Below the pieces are notes generated by a model. It saw nothing but the letters and a program-made list of their open reading frames with translations, did not search any database and was not told the origin of the DNA. From the NCBI GenBank assembly GCA_963666315.2, contig CAXXHG010000014.1, positions 96,001 through 160,000 of the forward strand: a DNA stretch of 64,000 nt. The letters run 5' to 3'. Numbering within the stretch: the first letter of the stretch is position 1; every line of letters starts with the position of its first letter. Positions 60,164 through 64,000 of this stretch are shown piece after piece. The position numbers and the translations under genes are program-made. Source of the DNA: Candidatus Binatia bacterium. GTDB taxonomy: Bacteria; Desulfobacterota; Binatia; Bin18.

Positions 60164-62587
60164 TTACTGAGCGGGCTGGAGCAAGGTCTTGTGTTCAGTC
60201 ACTGCTGTGATTTTGTCTCGGGAGTACAAGACCGGAAAATACTTGCCCTCGGCCCACAGGGGGAATAGATTGCGGTAATGCGCTTGGGCCGGGTCACCGG
60301 CCTGTCCAGGCGTATTCATGCCGAGCGACCGATCCCAGTCAGCCGGATACGCAATAATCCGAAAAGACGCGCCTATCGTTTGGAGGTCCTCCGCACCGGT
60401 ATTATTGATGCTGAAGCCATCGCCTCCGCGCGGAATGGGGCCGACTTCAAGCTGTGCTCGTAGTTCGGCATTCACGGCTTCGCTCAGCATGTGTTTGATG
60501 GTGATGTGATGATAGTCCGTTTGGCCATACGCCCATTGGCCTATATCCGAGCCAAAGCGTGCAGTCAGAACTTGTACGGCTTGCTCGAAACTCTCGCGGA
60601 CAAACTGATCGCGTCCTGCCAGCGGGTCAGCACCATAGCTGCCATCCGGGGCGAGCAGGCTGCGAATGATGGGGGTGAGGGTCATGCGAGAAAACGATGC
60701 ACGCAGCGACTCAGGCACATGCTTGTCTCGGAATTTCTGCCACAACTGCCGTTGCCAAGCGACATAGATTCCGGCCGCAATGGAGTCTTTGTCGAGCACA
60801 TAATCCCACGCTTGGAGCTTGTCTACAGCAGGCTGGACCAGTGCCTCATCAGAGTGAAGATCTGTGTGGATATTTTGGAGGAGCGGTACGAGCATGCGAG
60901 CCGGAATCGAGTATTCGTCATTCTGGAGCTGCATCATCTCAACAGTCGTTACATTCGTTCCTTCTGCGAGGACTTCCTGGATACGGGAGAAACGATACGG
61001 CTCAAGCCAGAAATAACTCACTGGATAGAGATACCCCGGCGGAAGATTCTCCTGATTTGCGGTAGCCACAAAGCCTTCAGGCGGATTCAGCACATACGGC
61101 AGTTCTTGCATGGGTACATACCCATTCCACTCAAAACGACCGTCGCCTGGCACAGGCACCAAGCCATTCCAGTTTGGCCGTAGCGGAACAAGACCAACCG
61201 CTTGCCAGCCGATATTGCCCTGGGTGTCGGCCCAGACCATGTTCTCAGACGGCGCATGGGAATACACACACGCCTCACGGAACTCTTGCCAGGTGGTAGC
61301 CTGATTCATGCGCAGGCTGGCCAGATAGGGCACTCCACCGACGTCCAGCCACGCCGCACGCAGGGCGAATGCCTGGTGCTGCTCCGGGTCTTCGGCGAGG
61401 ACAGGACCATGGCGGGTGTATTTCAGGTCAATAGTCATCGACTCTTGGCCCTTGACCGAAATGGTCTCTTGGACAATCCGCATATCCTCCCATGCACCGC
61501 GGTACCAATACTGATCGGCGTTGTCCGGATTGGTTTTGTAGACGTATAGGTCCTCCGAATCCGTAGGAAAGATAGTCAGCCCCCACGCCCCATGCTCATT
61601 ATGCCCGATGGAAACGCCGGGCAGGTGCGGCTCTCCACCGCCGATGACGTTCCAGCCGGGCGCCACCAGATGGACCCAGTAGCGCAGTGACGGTGCGGTA
61701 ATCGAACGGTGCGGGTCATTGACCATAAACGGGTGTCTGGAGAGCGTTTTCTTGCCACTGACAACCCAGTTATTACTCCCCTCACCTTCTGTGGCCGCCG
61801 TCTCTTGGAGCAGGCGAGCCGCGGCTTGCGCCGCCGCTGGGTTTGCCTGTGCGGCTCGGTGCTTTGGGTCAATAATATCTTCCGGCTCAAATGCAACCGG
61901 CATGCGTGCAGCCTGATAATATATCAGTATATCGCTCGGAATTGTTGAGAGATCGAGCCCCTCGGGCACGGTCAGGTCCGGTTCTCCCGGATGCAGGTGC
62001 AACATCATCCGAATCGTATCCGACGCCATAGTCTGGAGCGCATTCGCGATGACAATCTCGGTCTCCAGGTTCCGAAAGAGGCCGCCAATGCGTGCAAGCA
62101 CGATTTGCGGCGACCAGGGCTGCGGGGTGATGCCTAATAAGCGAAATTCGGGCGAGAGGAGATCCGGTTTCTCTTGCGTGAGTTTGATGTAGGCGTTTAT
62201 GCCCTGCACGAAAGCCGAGATAATTTCTTCTCCGTCCGGATGGTAGTGTTGGAACTCCTGCTTCAGATCGCCGCGAAAACGGAGCAGCCGTGCCCCAATA
62301 TCGCGCTCCAGAGCTTTCGGGCCTTGAATCTGGGCCATCGTGCCGGTCACACGTCGCCGCCAAATCTCAAGCTGAAAGAGTCGATCACTTGCGGCGTTAT
62401 AGCCCTGCGCAAAGAACACATCATGCTGATTCTTGGCGTAGATATGGGCGATACCCCAGCGGTCGGTCAGTATCTCGACCGGCGCCTGCAATCCCGGAAG
62501 GTGTACTGTCTGCATAGAGTTTTCCCTAGACCTCGACTGAGATCCCACCTCGGCCCAGCTCAACATACAAGGCAAGAGCAAGGCCAC
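60164..62587 (-). CDS. Penicillin acylase (Ntn-hydrolase) family protein; signal peptide apparently frameshifted
   Basis: DRWGIAHIYA, GSNNW, NDPH; upstream MKRLLALLLF (ATG 62622) is out of frame. Confidence 0.88.
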   Translation of the reverse strand: MALLLPCMLSWAEVGSQSRSRENSMQTVHLPGLQAPVEILTDRWGIAHIYAKNQHDVFFAQGYNAASDRLFQLEIWRRRVTGTMAQIQGPKALERDIGARLLRFRGDLKQEFQHYHPDGEEIISAFVQGINAYIKLTQEKPDLLSPEFRLLGITPQPWSPQIVLARIGGLFRNLETEIVIANALQTMASDTIRMMLHLHPGEPDLTVPEGLDLSTIPSDILIYYQAARMPVAFEPEDIIDPKHRAAQANPAAAQAAARLLQETAATEGEGSNNWVVSGKKTLSRHPFMVNDPHRSITAPSLRYWVHLVAPGWNVIGGGEPHLPGVSIGHNEHGAWGLTIFPTDSEDLYVYKTNPDNADQYWYRGAWEDMRIVQETISVKGQESMTIDLKYTRHGPVLAEDPEQHQAFALRAAWLDVGGVPYLASLRMNQATTWQEFREACVYSHAPSENMVWADTQGNIGWQAVGLVPLRPNWNGLVPVPGDGRFEWNGYVPMQELPYVLNPPEGFVATANQENLPPGYLYPVSYFWLEPYRFSRIQEVLAEGTNVTTVEMMQLQNDEYSIPARMLVPLLQNIHTDLHSDEALVQPAVDKLQAWDYVLDKDSIAAGIYVAWQRQLWQKFRDKHVPESLRASFSRMTLTPIIRSLLAPDGSYGADPLAGRDQFVRESFEQAVQVLTARFGSDIGQWAYGQTDYHHITIKHMLSEAVNAELRAQLEVGPIPRGGDGFSINNTGAEDLQTIGASFRIIAYPADWDRSLGMNTPGQAGDPAQAHYRNLFPLWAEGKYFPVLYSRDKITAVTEHKTLLQPAQ

Positions 62588-62820
62588 ACATAGAATAAGA
62601 GCAGTGCCAGAAGCCGTTTCATATCTTCACATGGTTTTTGTTGAGTATAGGAAAAATGGAGGGCGCGGGCGACCTCCGGCAAGATTCCGCCAAGACTCCT
62701 TTCTCGCAGCCTCTTTGACTCGACCCGAGGCTGAAAGAAAATTCGCATCACGATTGGCATTTTTAGTACAATTTTTAGTACGATGAAGAGAGAGTTCGAA
62801 ACCACATGGAGGACACACAC

Positions 62821-63180
62821 ATGCTTGGAGACACGCTCGTCCGGGATAACGAGGATATCCGGCTCCTTCGGGGCGGAAAGGCTGATGAGTTTAATCAGAA
62901 GGCGAAAGCGGGGGCGGAATCGATTGATCTCAAGAACGCCAACCTGCGCCTTGCCGATCTGCGCGGGCTTGACCTCCACCGAGTCGACCTGAGCGGCGCG
63001 TATCTGCGCAAGGCCGATCTACGCGGCGTTGATCTCAGCCAGGCCAACCTTGAGGGCGCCAGCCTTCATGAGGCGCAGATTAGCGGCACCCTCCTTCCTG
63101 AGAATCTCTCTCCCGAAGAAATCATGCTGTCGGTCACGCATGGCTACCGCATGCGGGTCAAAAAAACGGTCGAGATCTGA
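62821..63180 (+). CDS. Pentapeptide repeat protein
   Basis: A(N/D)LR repeats; GGAGGA SD. Confidence 0.85.
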   Translation: MLGDTLVRDNEDIRLLRGGKADEFNQKAKAGAESIDLKNANLRLADLRGLDLHRVDLSGAYLRKADLRGVDLSQANLEGASLHEAQISGTLLPENLSPEEIMLSVTHGYRMRVKKTVEI

Positions 63181-63448
63181 CCGCGGCTTACTCCGATTTA
63201 ACGTCGGTACCCGTACCACAGCCTGCTTACTCTAGAGGTGGCGGAACGTCAGATTTTATCTGATCGCCCGCCGCCAGTATCTTGGCGGTGTTAACCAGCG
63301 TCACGCTAGCCACCGCTTCACTCAACGTTTCGGTATCGTAGCGCAGAGTGTAGACACAGTGTTGCAGCCTTGTCAGAAATTGAGTGCCGTAGCTGAGTGA
63401 GCACGCCGACAGCCGGATAAGCGCTTTCCGCTCTCGTCCCGTTGATGG

Positions 63449-63478
63449 AAAGGGTGGGCCATAGGCCCACCCTTTTTC
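63449..63478. terminator. Strong intrinsic terminator-like hairpin
   Basis: AAAGGGTGGGCC-ATA-GGCCCACCCTTTTT. Confidence 0.65.
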
Positions 63479-63579
63479 TTTGTACATCCTCTTTCTCATC
63501 CGATCCCGTTAGGGCCTTCACTGTCTGGCCGAAGAACATCAACCTGTGTTACACACCAAACACACAGGAGGCTTTGAAT

Positions 63580-64000
63580 ATGGCGATTCTCATTACCGGC
63601 GGAACAGGTTTTTTGGGACGACATTTAACGCGACATTTGGTCCAATCGGGTGAAAACGTCGTCATCCTCGACGCCATGCCGAATCGGCAGGCGGTTGCCG
63701 ACATCGCAGACAAGGTGAAGGTCTTACAAGGCGACGTGATGGAAGTGACCGCGATGATGGATGTCATCCAGCGCAATACGATCGAAGGTATTATTCACCT
63801 CGCCTATTACCTCGGCACTGGCGGCATACGGAATCCGCTGCCATCGATTAACGTCAACTGCATTGGAACGACGCATATCTTTGAAGCCGCACGGCTGAGC
63901 GGCATTAAACGCGTCGTCTATATGAGTTCGGTTGCCGTGTTTCCCGAACGAACAGCACTCACCGCTCCAAAGCTTGGCGAAGATGACCCACCAGCTCCGT
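63580..64000 (+). CDS. NAD-dependent epimerase/dehydratase (truncated by window end)
   Basis: AGGAGG SD; MAILITGGTGFLG, IIHLA, YMSS; absent from the ORF track because there is no stop in the window. Confidence 0.85.
   Translation, partial: MAILITGGTGFLGRHLTRHLVQSGENVVILDAMPNRQAVADIADKVKVLQGDVMEVTAMMDVIQRNTIEGIIHLAYYLGTGGIRNPLPSINVNCIGTTHIFEAARLSGIKRVVYMSSVAVFPERTALTAPKLGEDDPPAP

Noticed and set aside
19895-61183. Long antisense ORFs (e.g. 19895-20533, 28913-29536, 38260-38898, 60491-61183)
   Set aside because: Shadows of well-supported genes on the opposite strand, as expected in GC-rich coding DNA
63227-63542. Short minus-strand ORFs between the pentapeptide and epimerase genes
   Set aside because: They cross a strong terminator hairpin and have no recognisable motif; possibly a remnant but unsupported

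Overview
Bacterial chromosomal window with about 60 genes. The gene content (rpoZ-rpoH, tmk-holB-metG-tatD, pilD with minor pilins, hpnH, many flavin/Rieske oxygenases, amidohydrolase, CoA-transferase) suggests a delta-proteobacterial-grade organism such as Binatia; this is inference only. I found no rRNA, tRNA, CRISPR array or intact transposase. Housekeeping genes are intact, but accessory genes carry many lesions: a PAS histidine kinase with more than 10 breaks, three broken minor-pilin genes, frameshifts in an SDR, an epoxide hydrolase, an alpha/beta hydrolase and a penicillin-acylase signal peptide, and a deletion-fused lamin-tail-domain remnant. Together these suggest ongoing genome erosion, though local consensus errors cannot be excluded. 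Signals missing from the ORF track include two MITEs (IS982-like at 9878-10070; IS5-like with a TGA target duplication at 47078-47238), GTAG-type REP palindromes, many 8-25 bp tandem micro-duplications, a 30-bp palindrome over the TetR start, and a 45-aa membrane sORF. The best candidates for undescribed biology are a TetR-linked Rieske oxygenase coupled to an unknown 112-aa partner with no classical beta subunit, and a vWA(NorD-like)/amidohydrolase/heme-oxygenase-like diiron enzyme run.
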